A stretch of DNA of 56,402 nucleotides, counting the filler, from Sphacelaria rigidula (Eukaryota): NCBI GenBank assembly GCA_964200075.2. It is 5 parts of 5 records of this genome, joined end to end, with 100 filler letters (N's around TTAATTAATTAA, not from the genome) between each part and the next. Parts side by side here need not be neighbours in the genome. Positions count along the whole stretch, not along the records: positions 22,604 to 33,803 come from CAXNAA020005247.1; positions 33,904 to 45,103 come from CAXNAA020005248.1; 3 more parts are not named here. One strand, given 5' to 3'. The position numbers were made by a program, and so were the translations under genes. The notes below the pieces were generated by a model. It saw nothing but the letters and a program-made list of their open reading frames with translations. It searched no databases and was not told the origin of the DNA. Positions within the stretch are counted from its first letter, which is position 1. Each line of letters opens with the position of its first letter. Positions 25,979-38,658 of this stretch are shown in pieces.

Positions 25979-26670
25979 TGTTGTTGTCTTCACATGAAAA
26001 ACCGTTCCGATATCTGCGCATCACTCTGTACTGGGCATCTGATGCGGACGCTCTCCGTGATTACAGGCTAACTACTACCCCCAATACAGGGTAAAATCAA
26101 TTCAAAGATGAAAGAGGACCCAGAAAAAATTCACACAGACGCTATACAAAAGAGGGAGAGAGAAAAAAGAAAGCACTACAGCTTTTAAACAATGGGTGTT
26201 ATAATAGCGAAGTATGCTTGTGTGTGTCGTATTAAAAAATGTACCGGCGTTCCCGAACCGTGGGTTTAATGCGGTCGTTTTTCTGAGGATCAGGATGCGG
26301 GGTAGAGTTTGGGTTTAGGCGAGGAGCGTGCGTGCCGCTTTTAGAGAGTACCCACTGCCTGTTTATGGGATGGAGTTGTGCGAATTGAGCTTGAGCCAGA
26401 GTTTCTTTGAGGACGTACCCACATGCACTCCTCGTAGCACCTCCGGGGAATCCATTATTCGAACCGGACACGTCAACAATGAGCTGCTACAGTATCGAGG
26501 ATTAAGCAAGTCAAAGGCGGTGGTCCAGTTTTGTCGCTGCTGCTGCTGCTGCTGCTGCTGTTGTTGTTGTTGTCTTCATATTAAAAACCGTTCCGATATC
26601 TGGGTAGTACTCTGTACCGGGCATCTATCTGATGCGGACGCTTTCCGTGGTCACAGGCTAACTATCCCAA
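25979..26670 (-). repeat. Two ~95-bp copies of a retroposon-like 3' end with (CAA)n tail
   Basis: ttgttgttgtcttca..aaaaaccgttccgatatctg..gatgcggacgct..acaggctaacta at about 25979-26075 and 26560-26670. Confidence 0.6.
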
Positions 26671-26961
26671 GATAGGTGGAATAAAGAGTAAGTGGCTACC
26701 TCCACAAGTTGACTCCGCCGCCTCGCCCGGGCTATTCGTGCTGCTTTCCTAGCAAGCCTACGCCTAGCCCGCCCCCTCCTCCTCTTTTTTCTTCTCTTTT
26801 TCATAGTTTTTTTCATGTATACATGCATACATTCCACACCCTGGACAATTCATGGTCAATATATGCGATGGACAAGCATGCATTATTATAAGCAAAGTAT
26901 AGTCCTATAATTCACCCAGTGTATTTTTTTGCCTTTTGCATCTATTGACTATATGTTGTCC

Positions 26962-27765
26962 AAAATCCGAAATAGACGATTCTGGCGGGATCAACCCCAC
27001 ATTTTTTACCTCATGGTGTGCGTTGTACCACTAGACCACCGGGGCGCAATGGGAGTATGTCACACCCTGGACAGAATATAGTCAATAGATGCAATAGACA
27101 AGAATGCACTAGGCAAAGTATAGTCTGTGCTCTCAGAAGAAACCGGCAACATGGTTTGGTGGCGGGCAGGGACCTATGGTTCTGCCAGTTGGCGTTGCCG
27201 ATTTTTGTTTGTGACCACTTACATTCGGGGTGGCTGGTATTGTGGAAATGTCCCCCCCCCCCCCACACACCTGCCCTGTGCACAGGGCTTTTATTAATGC
27301 ATAGATTCGAAAGCCGAGTACAAAGCGAAATATTCTCAATCAAGGGGATATGTGTTTCGTGGGAGCGAAAGAATTTTCAATCGCATCATTGAATTTAATT
27401 GAATCACACATGAATCATGATACATGTGAAATGACGAGCACCGAACAGAAACGGAACAGATAAGGGCTCGGGGCGTCTGTATAGCTGATACGAGCATCGA
27501 AGCGATTGTCATTTTACACGCTGAGAGAGTGGTAGGTAGACGTAGTAGCAGGCGTGCAGAACGGCGGCCTGAACATCCAGCCATCGTACTGTATCATTAT
27601 ACTATACCTTGCCTAGTGCATTTTTATCTATGGTATCTATTGACTAGAAATTGTCCAGGGTGTGTGACGTACTCCCATTGCGCCCCAGTGGTCTAGTGGT
27701 ACAACGTACACCATGAGGTGAAAAACGTGAGACTGACTCCGCCAGATGCATCTATTTCGGATTTT
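26962..27765. repeat. Inverted repeat, ~160-bp arms
   Basis: 26962-27124 is the reverse complement of 27601-27765 (cctcatggtgtgcgttgtaccactagaccac / gtggtctagtggtacaacgtacaccatgagg). Confidence 0.8.
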
Positions 27766-27831
27766 TCCGCAAAAGTATATGATTTCTATATTTGTGTTGA
27801 AAGCGTTAGGACAGGAGTACTCGTAGCAAGC

Positions 27832-30800
27832 ATGAAGCGAATGTTCAGGTTTGCTCGACGAGGGTTGACGCAGCAGCGTAGGAGTGCTGATCAAATCCGC
27901 TGTGCCCATCACACATTCACGGTTAGGACGAATCATCACGGGTTCGAATCACCGGATCCACGATTTCCTCGGCCTGATTGCCCAAAAGGGAGAAAAAATG
28001 TTGACCGCTGGTTCAAGGGATATCCACGCAACTTTCGCGCCATTCCACGTGTCTGGGCTGGGTGTACCTGGGTTGCAACGCTGAAAACAAAGGCTAGGGA
28101 TTATCGATTCGTACGATTCGAATCAATTACACAAACACCAAGTAATTTCCAGACGAATCATTGATTTGTCCGACCCTTGAAAATATGTGAGTCGTGTGTG
28201 TTCACGGGAGAGATAGGTTGATCCCATGTGACCACGGACTCGTCCTAAGGAAGGGGAGGGGTTGAATACAAGTGTCGGACTGAAACAAAAAATGCATGCT
28301 TCTGACTCCTCCCCTCCCTCTAGACGAGTCCATAGTGTCAAGCCGGGGCAAAGCCATGTCTCTTCCGGTATCTGCCTGGCGTTTTGTTATCGACGATTGG
28401 GTCAGCACTACCACACCTGATGGAGTCTCTCTAAAAATTTCTTTTCTACTCGAGTTGTCGAGCTATTATGGACGGGAACCAGATTTTGCTTGAAGAAATG
28501 CCGCATGTGTCGGGGTTCGAACCGGCACCCTCATTGGCTACTGATGTATCATTTTAATTTAGACTCACTGGGGTCCCATCTATTCTGGACGCCGGTCTAC
28601 ACCTTTCGATATATGTGGGCGCACCAGCCGGGGTCACACAGGAGGAAGGTCAACACGGGAGTTTTTTTCTTTTTCATTTGTTTTCCAGTACCCCACCTTC
28701 CTTATGCGGTGCTTGCCTTTATTTTCTATCGCGAGAGGGGTTCAGCAGTCCCTTTCCCTTGTCGATCATTTCATCGAATTTTGTGTACCCACGACATGGT
28801 TGCTCTCCACTGTTGGGCAAGATGTAAAAAAAAATCCCAGATCGCTCCGAGATTTAAACCCACGACCCAAGCGTCAGAAAGTTCCGAGGTTACCAACTGA
28901 GCCACCAGGGCGACCGGAGTAATGTATGTAGTTATTCCGATTCGTTGATATCAGTATGTTTGTGATCACGGGCTACATGAAGTTGTGTGATTCCGCCGAG
29001 TTTCATTTCTAGGGGTGGTGAACAACGTGACGCTAAATAAGGCGCGATGTTGCTCTGATCTTATTTTGTGTGACTGTCACCCATTGTACGTGCCTAAGCT
29101 GAGACATGAAGATGTCTGAATGTCGACAGACCCCCGAGTACATGACAGTACAGACAGTTCGGCGCAACAATGTTGCCGTGCGTGTTCCCGCACCTGATGT
29201 GTACGACCATTGTTTGACGTTGTTTTTTGCTTTTGGGCCTTTGTGTACGTGTGCGCGTTCGCGTGTGTGTGCCTATGTGTGTCTCTTCTTGTGTTTTCTG
29301 TTCTTGCGTTGACTTCAGTCGATCTGGATGCAGAGGAAGATCAGAACTACGTCTCAGCGTCGGAGCGATTCATGGAGTTACAAACACAGGTGACTAAATC
29401 ATGAGCCAAACATTATGATGATATCTTAGACCCACTTTCAGGGCAACGAACCTCGATTCGTACAAATATGAGAATTTCAGCCCGTCTACAGGCGATTTCC
29501 TTCCGTGGATTGATTTTTCGGACCCCAGTCCGTTGGGCAACGTGTTTCGCCTAGCTGTGAGCAAACCAGATCAATTCTCCGATTCTCTGGACGTTGACTT
29601 TTGGTTTACCACCTATCTGCCCAAATCGGGACACTCCCGCATCTCCCCCGATTTCTTGAAAACATTCGGGGTAGATGCGGGAGTGTCCCGATTTCAGCAG
29701 ACAGGTAGTGTATCGAAGGTTAACGCCAAGAAAATCGGAGAGTTGATCTGGTTTGCTCACAGCTAGGCGAAAAACATAGCCCAACGGACTGGGATGCGAA
29801 AAATGTATCCGCGGGAGAAACTCGCCTGTAGACAGGCTGAAATCTTCATATTTGTACAAATCGAGATTCGTTTCCATAAGAGTGGGTCTTATCGCTCGTT
29901 TTCTGCACAACTGGAAGTGGGTAACCCTACGCTACGGATAGGACTGGTTGTACGGTTTGTCACACATGAAGTGATCCGGTATGGAATCCGGTCGAGGGGT
30001 CACGCAAGACAGGCGAACCCCAAGTTCCTGTAAACCTTTCGCCGCCGGGGGTAGTTAGAGTGTCGAGCCGGCATGTATGTTCGCTTGAAAGTTCTGTGTG
30101 TGGAGAGACCCAGATGACCTGCCCACCCCGGGGGTCATATATTTTTGAGTTTGATGGCTGGAAAGTCCAGTTAGATCCATGTACGTGCGGAATGTATGGC
30201 AATTACTCTCTACCTTTGGTGTTGATTATGTTCCACGGATGCTTCCACAGCAAGCGACAAGGTCCGAAAGTGTTCGTGATCAGAGGGTTGGATGAAATAG
30301 AAAGCACTCATCGAAGGATAGATCAAGGAAAAAGGCGGCAAAGTGATGAAAGAGAGAGCTTAGCTGGGATGCCATCGATCCTGCTGAGATGCAAGTACAT
30401 ATGTGCTCCGTGTGCTGGAAAAAATGACCGTTTTCATTTTTGACCTCTTGGCCGCAAGCAGTATATTCGGAACAATATTTCTGGATGACGCCCCGAATGG
30501 TGATTAGTGACCCGGATGCTGTACGTAACCAACTCTCCTCTTTTTTCGAGCGCCATATTCCGTGAGAGCATGCCGGGTCGCTCCGTGCTCCTCAACTCTC
30601 GGCTCCCTTCGTGCTGTGAGAACCGAAGTAGTCGACTGAACGCTTTCTACCGTGATTCGCTTGGAGTCCGTTTGACGGGGCTGAACGCCGAAGGGACAGA
30701 GTGGATGGTCATGACAGCAATCTTCTTCACCTCAGCCTTTCCGACTTTTGCACTCCCAAAATAAAACGGATTTTATCCGCTTTATCCGTTGGCTGTGCAG

Positions 30801-31006
30801 CTGGGTATGGTACTCCACCATACCGAAAGCTTCAGAAAAACATTGGAGGAATCGCTGCAGCAAGCAGTAGAATTGGCGGACGACTTTGGTAGGATATCTT
30901 CGGGCCAAGGCAATGGCAGGGCGGTGGAGCCGTGGGCGACCATGGCGGGCAAGCGCGCGTTTTTCTTGAAGGGGATGCTGGAAGAGAGCGTGGAGTCTCT
31001 TCGACA
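27832..31006 (+). CDS. Probable BAR-domain/coiled-coil protein, 5' exons only
   Basis: Exons 27832-27877 (tentative, weak donor), 29319-29389 and 30801-31006 join in phase to give MKRMFRFARRGLTQQLDLDAEEDQNYVSASERFMELQTQLGMVLHHTESFRKTLEESLQQAVELADDFGRIS..., resembling the N-BAR amphipathic start and first helix. Further exons were not found. Confidence 0.55.
28573..28917 (-). mobile_element. tRNA-derived SINE-like element
   Basis: Head ccggtcgccctggtggctcagttggtaacc (A-box TGGCTCAGTTGG, B-box-like gggtttaaatc); body shared with the 32626-33002 copy. Confidence 0.75.
29428..29889. repeat. 462-nt foldback (224-nt arms, 14-nt loop); candidate small-RNA precursor
   Basis: 29428-29651 is the reverse complement of 29666-29889 with no indels and about 35 mismatches (hand count). 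Confidence 0.9.
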
Positions 31007-31319
31007 GTGAGTTTTCCAGTTTTTGTAGGTATACTAGATTATCGAGTCATGATCCACGGTTCGTTGATGTTTCCATCGTTGAGTCCAAAGAGCCCTGCAG
31101 CATCCAAACTGTCACAACCACCCCGCTCCTTGGCGTCAAAATTTCGTCATGAAAACCGCCGCGGGGGCGCGGAGGGTGTGTTCTGAAATGAAGTATTATG
31201 TCGACTCCGTAATAGAACCTTAGTAATTGGTCGAATCCATGCTAAAACCCGAGCAGTTTTGACGATACTAGATCATCTTATTTTTGTGACCATACTAGAA
31301 AGTAAGTAGGAAAGTAGGG

Positions 31320-31456
31320 TACTAAAAAACATATAGAAAAAGGAAGAGCTCCTGTGTTGACCTTCCTCCTCTGTGACCCCGGCTGGTGCGCCCACATATA
31401 CCGAAAGGTGTAGACTGGCGCCCAGAATAGATGGGACGACAACACACACACACACA
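31320..31456 (+). mobile_element. SINE-like element, 3' fragment
   Basis: gtgaccccggctggtgcgcccacatataccgaaaggtgtagac..ccagaatagatgggac followed by a (CA)n tail. Confidence 0.7.
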
Positions 31457-31734
31457 ATAACTTGACGCTCTAAGTAGTCGATTGCGCTCGGAAACAGGAA
31501 GCTGTCTTGACATCACACAAGCATTTGATAAAATATTGAGCCCATACTGCACCTACGTAGGGCGCCGGTTGTGCAGTAGATGATGCCCGGTGTTTTTGGT
31601 TCGCCTGCCTCTTTAACTGATCGCAATAATGGATGGCATTGTCAAATAGTACCCTGCGTACTGTATCGAGTTTTGCGTCTACTGTAATGGACAATAGATT
31701 TGGTATTGTACGCAGTAGACTTTTTGGCGATGTG

Positions 31735-31800
31735 TTTGATGGATTATCTCACATTAGCTGACTGCAGCAATCCAGCTCGTAGTCAGAAATAGCAAAAAAA
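31735..31800 (+). repeat. Dispersed short repeat
   Basis: gattatctcacattagctgactgcagcaatccag also at about 1180-1240 (+), about 6010-6090 (-) and about 31935-31990. Confidence 0.65.
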
Positions 31801-32625
31801 GGAACATAATAAGAAGGAAGGGAAGGAAGAGTAAAGATAGAAGCAACAGCCACATAAAGAAAATGACAAAGGAATCAGCGACAAAACAAGAGCAACAGCA
31901 ACAACACACACAAGCACAAACAATACAACGAAATGATTATCTCGCATCACGTAGCTGGTTGCAGCACTTCAGCTCGTGATCAGAAAACAGAAGAAAATAC
32001 GGAAAAAAGTGACAGAAATTAATGTAATCTAATGTCATTATTCATTCAACCTCGGTACACCACACAAACTACGCCATCGATATGCACCCGCCTACCATCG
32101 GCGCGCGAGGTGCAGTTAAAGGCAAGGCAGCTGAGGGGACATGAGACACGAGAGATACTCATGTCCTAGCGTACTAATTGTAGTAGCCGTGCATAGCACA
32201 CCCACTTATTTCGCGGATCTGGGCATACTGAATCACCGTAACAAATGAAAGAAGAAGTCATTTCGCGGTGCGGGAGTACTGATGTAATCCGCGATATTTT
32301 CAATTTTTTTCAGGCGAAAATTATGTCGATTCAACAAATGATCCATCCATCCACCCACCCAACCACCTACCCTGGCGGTCAAACGATTGAAAAGAGATTT
32401 CTTCCATCGCCGCCGGAAAAAATCGGTGTTGACAAGATACTGAAACCGGCAGTACTGCTGCACGAGTCTCACGAGCACTTTTTCCGGTTCTCGAACTTCC
32501 GTGCGTTTTAGCTTTTTTTGGTACCGCGACTACACGAACATCATGATGGAATGATATATACATATATATATAATATCGAAATTCTATACGTGCTACAGTA
32601 ACTGTTTTCGGCACCGCTACTTCTA

Positions 32626-33002
32626 GGTCGCCCTGGTGGCTCAATTGGTGACCTCGAAACTTTCTGATGATTGAGTTGTGGGTACGAATCTCGGAGCGAT
32701 CTGGAATTTTTTCTCACATAATGCCGAACGGTGGAAAGCGATTATGTCGTGGGTACACAAAAGGCGAGTTAATGGTCGACGAGGGAAAGGGATTGGTGGA
32801 CCCTTTCCGCGATAAAAAAAAGAAGGCAACCACCGCAGAAGGAAGGTGGTGCACTAAAAAACGAAGAAAAACGAAAAAAATCATGTGTTGGCCTCCCTCC
32901 TGGTGACCCCGGCTGGTGCGCCCACATATACCGACAGGTGTAGACCGGCGTCCAGAACGGATAGGACGGCAAAACAACAACAACAACAACAATAACAACA
33001 CA
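32626..33002 (+). mobile_element. tRNA-derived SINE-like element, near full length
   Basis: Head ggtcgccctggtggctcaattggtgacc..gggtacgaatc, shared body and a (CAA)n tail. Confidence 0.75.
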
Positions 33003-33522
33003 CTACACGAGCATGTTGATGGAATAAAAAGAGAATATCGAACTTGTCTACGTGTAAGCTACTTTTGGTACAGCTACTACATAAACATCATGATGGGATA
33101 CAAGAAAAAAAAATGTCGTTGAATGATCACAAGAAAAAAAAGCACGCGGCGGTACTCTTCCCGCATGCGAAACACGGGGTGTAACAGCGGTGGCATGGGC
33201 TATATATGCACACTACGTATGCTCTTCAGCATTGTCGGCGGAACAATTGAATAACAAGAAATGTACACGAGGGATTCGGAACCCTTTCCGCGGCGTCGTA
33301 AGGACACCATGCGTACCTCTCTGAGCCACACTTCACAAATGCGGGGTCTCAGGCGGAATTTATATTTGAAAGAAGGTATTTTGTACTTCACGGTACGGGA
33401 CGGTACGGGACGGGACGGAACCAGGGAATGGCGGTACAGTCTTCTACAGTAATGGGGTGGTATTTTCCCGAATACCAGCCGTGCCCCGGTGGTGTAATGG
33501 TCCAACTTACACTAAGGGGTGG

Positions 33523-33669
33523 AGTCGAATTTTGTGTACCCCCGACATAGTAGCTCTCTACTGTTGGGCATGGTGTGAGAAGAAATCCCGGATCGCTCCG
33601 GGAATCGAACCCCACAACTCAACCAGCATAAGGTTACGAGGTTACCAACTGAGCCACCGGGGCAACCGG
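33523..33669 (-). mobile_element. SINE-like element, 5' fragment
   Basis: Reverse strand reads ccggttgccccggtggctcagttggtaacc..ggggttcgattcc. Confidence 0.7.
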
Positions 33670-33803
33670 CTAATGAAAAAAAATAAGAAACAAAAAATAG
33701 AAAAGATGCCCACACTCATCAAGCTGATGTCACCCCCCCCCAACCCCCCCCCCCCCCCCCCTTTTCTTTTTCTCACCCGCGCCCGTCTCGGCCACCCTTC
33801 GCA

Positions 33804-33903
33804 NNNNNNNNNNNNNNNNNNNNNNNNNNNNNNNNNNNNNNNNNNNNTTAATTAATTAANNNNNNNNNNNNNNNNNNNNNNNNNNNNNNNNNNNNNNNNN
33901 NNN
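33804..33903. other. Artificial contig linker
   Basis: 100-bp N-TTAATTAATTAA-N spacer. Confidence 0.98.
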
Positions 33904-34325
33904 TATGACTATGGCATGCATGATCATGAGTACACCCCCCACCCCACCCCCACCCACCCATCCATCACAGGGTCGGGTTTGGACGAAACGAGGTTTTGTG
34001 CCATGTGCTCCTCAGCATTGAGGGTAGGAGCACTCTTGCTGGGAAGGACACTCGTACAAAATCTCGGAGCAGAAAGCATGGTTTTTCAAGGAGTTCAAGA
34101 AGGGGGGGGCAAGCGTACTTTTTGCACTATGCGCAGTCTCTGCAACCTATCGTACTGTCAAGATAGCTGCGCAATGTTGTTATACTGCAGAACACAAATC
34201 AGCGATAGATGCAGAGTGGGCATCTTGTGCGGTGAAGAGGGATGGTAAACTGATTGTTCGTACGGTTGTCTTCAGCCGCCCATGAAAAACGTTTGGACGG
34301 CAGCACAGTAGTAGTATAGTATTTA

Positions 34326-34876
34326 CAACAGTGGGCGGTCTAACTATTTTGGGGTGTTTTGGGCATTTTCGTGCGTACTACTCTTCGATAGAACTTGAAA
34401 TTGCTAGCATCGGTAGATTTTGGTACAACAAACAGATTCCCCGAAACACAGTGCCCACGTCAGTGTCGGTTGGTGTTATCGGGCGTAACGAGTGAATACC
34501 TCGTTCATCAGGAGGTTGTTATTGACCGTGAACACACAATTTTTCGGCCCCAGTGCAATAAGTAGGCAGAATTTCTAGCAAATAAAACTGTACATTCCTT
34601 CACAAATATGATCGGGACAGACTCGATCGAACATAGAAAACAGAAGAGTAAGAATCTGGGTTGAAACATGGCAGGACCCCCGATGACCGGTCAGCCCATA
34701 AGTCACTCAATATTGAGTACAGATGATGTTTTTTTCTTGGAATGTGGAGCGGATACAAACGTCTTCAGATTCCCGATGTGACAAGCGGTGGCAAGCGAAA
34801 AGAGCCCGAGAAAATCGCCAATCACGAAAAAAATCACAAAATGCCACAAAATGAATAGTTAGACCGCCCACTACTG
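34326..34876. mobile_element. Tc1/mariner-type MITE
   Basis: TIR ca(ac)agtgggcggtctaactatt / aatagttagaccgcccact(ac)tg, flanked by TA on both sides (34324-34325, 34877-34878). Confidence 0.65.
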
Positions 34877-36310
34877 TAGTCAAAACGATGTGGCATGGAG
34901 TGCAACATCAGAGCATGTTCGAGGTGTGCAAACGCTGCACCCAGTATTGCCAAGACTGCGAAAGAAGAGGAACGACGTAAGGTAGCGTATATCACAGCAG
35001 TGGTGGTACCTGCTGTGACCACTACTTGCAAGCGGGCACCTCACCAATGTGGCTAACCAGAGTTTGTACGTGGACTGAGTCGGCTCAATGCTGGCCGAAG
35101 GTTCTGCTAGTCCAATGTCCGTACAAACATTCGACATCTACTCGTGTGCCTAGGAGGCTGGATCATCAAAGAAGATGAACTATTCCTGACGCCAATTTGA
35201 CCATGGACGATCTCTGGTTGGGCCACGGTCGAAAGTCTACAAAGATTCTGTCATTGGCGCAATCAATGACAGTATTGTAAAGCGGTGTGATTTTTGGCTG
35301 TCACTACACTGTGCCGCCTTACCACGGATCTACTCTAGAACTGGCTTTAAATCCTTCGGCCACCGACCTCGTCTCGTCAGTTGACAATCTAGCGGAATCC
35401 AGGGGTTTCCAGGGTGATGGTGGTGATGGTGGTGGGTCTTTTGAAGGCTGGGTGGGTGGAGGTAAGTTCCCAGATAGTCGCAGGAAGCTTCCTGTATCAA
35501 CCATGCATGTTTCCAACAAATTTTCAGGTCCGGCAACACGCCTGGGGGATAATATATCCTTTCTGATACTTGTGTATGGTTGAATCACTCGTCGTGAGGG
35601 ATAATGTGTCCTTTAGTGATACTTCTGTACGGTCGAAACACTCGTCGTCTCAGCAAACATATGTACTATGTGTACAGGTTGTATTCTGGCGAACATAATA
35701 CTGTATTGTACACCCGAATACACCCAAGATACCTGCGCTCTGTTGCAATCGTGCGGTTTAGAGTGCGAGGGGAATGCGGTTTAGAGTGCAAGGGGAAGAG
35801 ACGGGCCGTAGACCATATTGCGGCCTTGGTGACTGCTCGTTGCAACGCGCCACGTGAGTATCAGCATCATCATATTTACCAGAACCCACACAACGGGCAC
35901 CTCAGCGTCACACATATCTCACAGTGCTGAAGCAGCAGTACTTTCTGTTGCCAAGAGTGTCGTGCAGCTGCAGGTACCGTTGGCGATGATAAAGCTTTGA
36001 GCCACATTTTATTGTGATCTGGTAAAGGGCAGATTCCCCACGCTTTCGGACAAAAGCAAGCCATATGCAGAAGATAACACGCCGGGGTTGCGATCTCATA
36101 CGACAAAACCCCTGACCTATCTTAAATACTCGCATATACACCCTCTGGGGCTGGTTGAAATTCGGCATGGTCTCGACTTGTTCTCCAGCATACACCGGAC
36201 CATCCGTCTAACCGTGGAGCAGAACGGAAACGATTCTTTTTGTGGCACGCCGGCCGAAGTGTAGGCACACCCACCAATTTTGGCATCCAATCTTGACCGA
36301 ATCAAGATTT

Positions 36311-37612
36311 CAAGGGCAGGTCGAGTAGAGTATGTAATTTTGAATGCTCGGGTAAAAACCCGAGTATTTACTCAAATTTGGGGTAGATTGGGTACGGCCT
36401 CAATACTCTACCCAAATTTGGAGTTGATTAGGTATGGCCTAAAATACTCTGCTCAAGTTTGGGTAGATTGAATATGACCTCAAATCCTCTACTTTAAGTT
36501 CGGGTAAGTACTCTCAGTAATTATTGAGTATTAAGTATCACTTGGGTATGACCTCAATACTCTCCTCAAGTTTTGGGTAAGTACTCTCAGTAATACGTGA
36601 GTATAGAATATCACATGGGTTTGACCTCAGTACTCTACTCGAATTCAGGGTAGATTGAGTATGACCTCAAAAACTCTCCTCAGATTTTGGGTATATTTAG
36701 TACGACCTCAGTACTCTACTCGAATTCAGGGTAGATTGAGTATGACCTCAAAAACTCTCCTCAGATTTTGGGTATATTTAGTACGACCTCAAATACTCTA
36801 CTAAAATATGGGGTAAGCAGTCTCAGTAATACTCAGGTATAGGGTATCGATTGGGTATGATGAGTAACCGTGACCGTCGGCGACTTCGTGACGTCACTTC
36901 ACGGACTGTGTTGAATGTATGGGCGAACGATGGCCATCAATGCGGAGATGAGAGACGTTACGTCCCGTGCTACAATGAATATAAGGAAATGGTGGCCAAA
37001 AAAACACAAAACAAAAGCGTGCAGGTGAATGAAACTACCTGCCCCAGCTCACCTGCCCCCACCCATGGCAGTACATCCTTCATACCTCGCAACCTCTTCG
37101 ACATCAGTTTCATTACAAAGCGCTACCCATCATTGAGTGATCGAGTAAACGGGTAGTCGGGTAGGTATTGTCAAAATAAGCGACTTTACGGACCGCGCGT
37201 CTGACTCCTCTATGGGAGACCACACGGTGGGCACAGTACAAGGCCAGGTCGAGTAGATTATGTAATTTCAAACACTCGGCTAAAAGACCCGAGTACTTAC
37301 TCTAGTCAAATTTAGGGTAGATTGGGTACGGCCTCAAATACTCTACTCAAAAGTAGGTTGAGTATGACCTCAAATACTCTACTCAAAGTTTAGGTAAGTA
37401 CTCTCAGTAATACTTGAGTAGAGAGTATCACTTGGGTATGATCTCAATACTCTACTCAAATTGAGGGAAGATTGGGTATGACCTCAAATACTCTACTCAC
37501 ATTTTGGGTAGATTGTGTACGACTTCAAATACTCTACTCGAAGTTTGGGTACCAAAAACATGACTTTTAAAAAATACCGAGTATTGAGTATGCTCTACTC
37601 GACCTGCCCTTG
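36311..37612. mobile_element. Non-autonomous hAT-type element with subterminal repeat arrays
   Basis: Perfect 20-bp TIR caagggcaggtcgagtagag / ctctactcgacctgcccttg; TSD caagattt / caatattt (7 of 8); many gggtagattgagtatgacctcaaatactctactcaaa units. Confidence 0.85.
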
Positions 37613-38360
37613 CAATATTTCCTTATTCTGCGCACACCGCCAATGCTTCACGGTAGCTCGTCTGATCCATGCCATGAAAGTTCTTATCATGCTTATCTTC
37701 CAACAATGCAGCAATGGTGTGGCGGGTTTTACATTTTACACCAAAATGAGACCACATTTCTGCATGATACATGCCATCATTCATTGTAGTGCCGTGACTG
37801 GTACTCCGACCAGTGTCATGCCGGGCATTTGTTTCACACCCTGGACAACAGATCACGTTGTCAAAATGTGTACCACGTACAGTGTGGAATCTGTTGTCTA
37901 TTTCAATAGGCACGATAGTCGATACTTTACGCAGTACACGCTTTGGCAACGTCATCTTTTGTTCGGGGTGTCATTTTTATACACGTTTAAACGCCTTCCC
38001 ATGTGCGCAAATGATGACGGATATCGCGGGTTTTAGGGCCGTGCGCTGCACACTTAACCCCATTGATCGAAGCGAACGACAGCGAAAATGGCCAAATGTA
38101 AGAACGATTTTGTCGTTGCGTTGGTGCTCACCATCTCCTCTGCGCGGAGCTTCAAAGATTGGTGTCGTGCGGTAACGACGCTGTAAAACATACCACTCAC
38201 TGCGTAAGCTAGGCAACCAAGTTAACTTCCCCCCCCCTCTCTTGCGGTATTTTGCGGAAACCGTGATAGTGGTCGAATCAGATAATATTGTGCGGGGTGA
38301 AGAACCTCAACTCCGCACAATGGGGATGATCGTACCACGTAGTGTTTGGATGGTGAGACA

Positions 38361-38658
38361 GACACCCATGAGGCAGTGTATAAGCCGTGGCTGTCTCTGC
38401 AAGTGGCGATAACAGAAAATGAGGCAACTCAATCGAGGCTGTCATCCGTATGCACGATCATTTGTACGCTTCGGGTCGAACAATCTTAGCAGGATGCAAT
38501 TCACCTCTCATGCCACTCGCTAAACATACCACGGCGTTTCGTGCTTGGTTGTTCATTGCAAGTCTAGTCCGGCGAAAACCCGACGTGCTCTGTCCCGGTT
38601 GTGTAGGGATGCGAGGTCAATGGCCTTACGACTACGGTATGCGAGACCATGAGTACAC
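38361..38658. repeat. Dispersed degenerate repeat family, second copy
   Basis: Collinear similarity to 10210-10510. Confidence 0.7.

Noticed and set aside
33601-33669. tRNA gene
   Set aside because: A/B-box-like motifs belong to a SINE head attached to the shared SINE body; no proper cloverleaf.
36100-37955. Ankyrin-like fragment (EALAVCAE*GNLDSVK) interrupted by the hAT element
   Set aside because: One short degenerate motif containing a stop; insufficient support.
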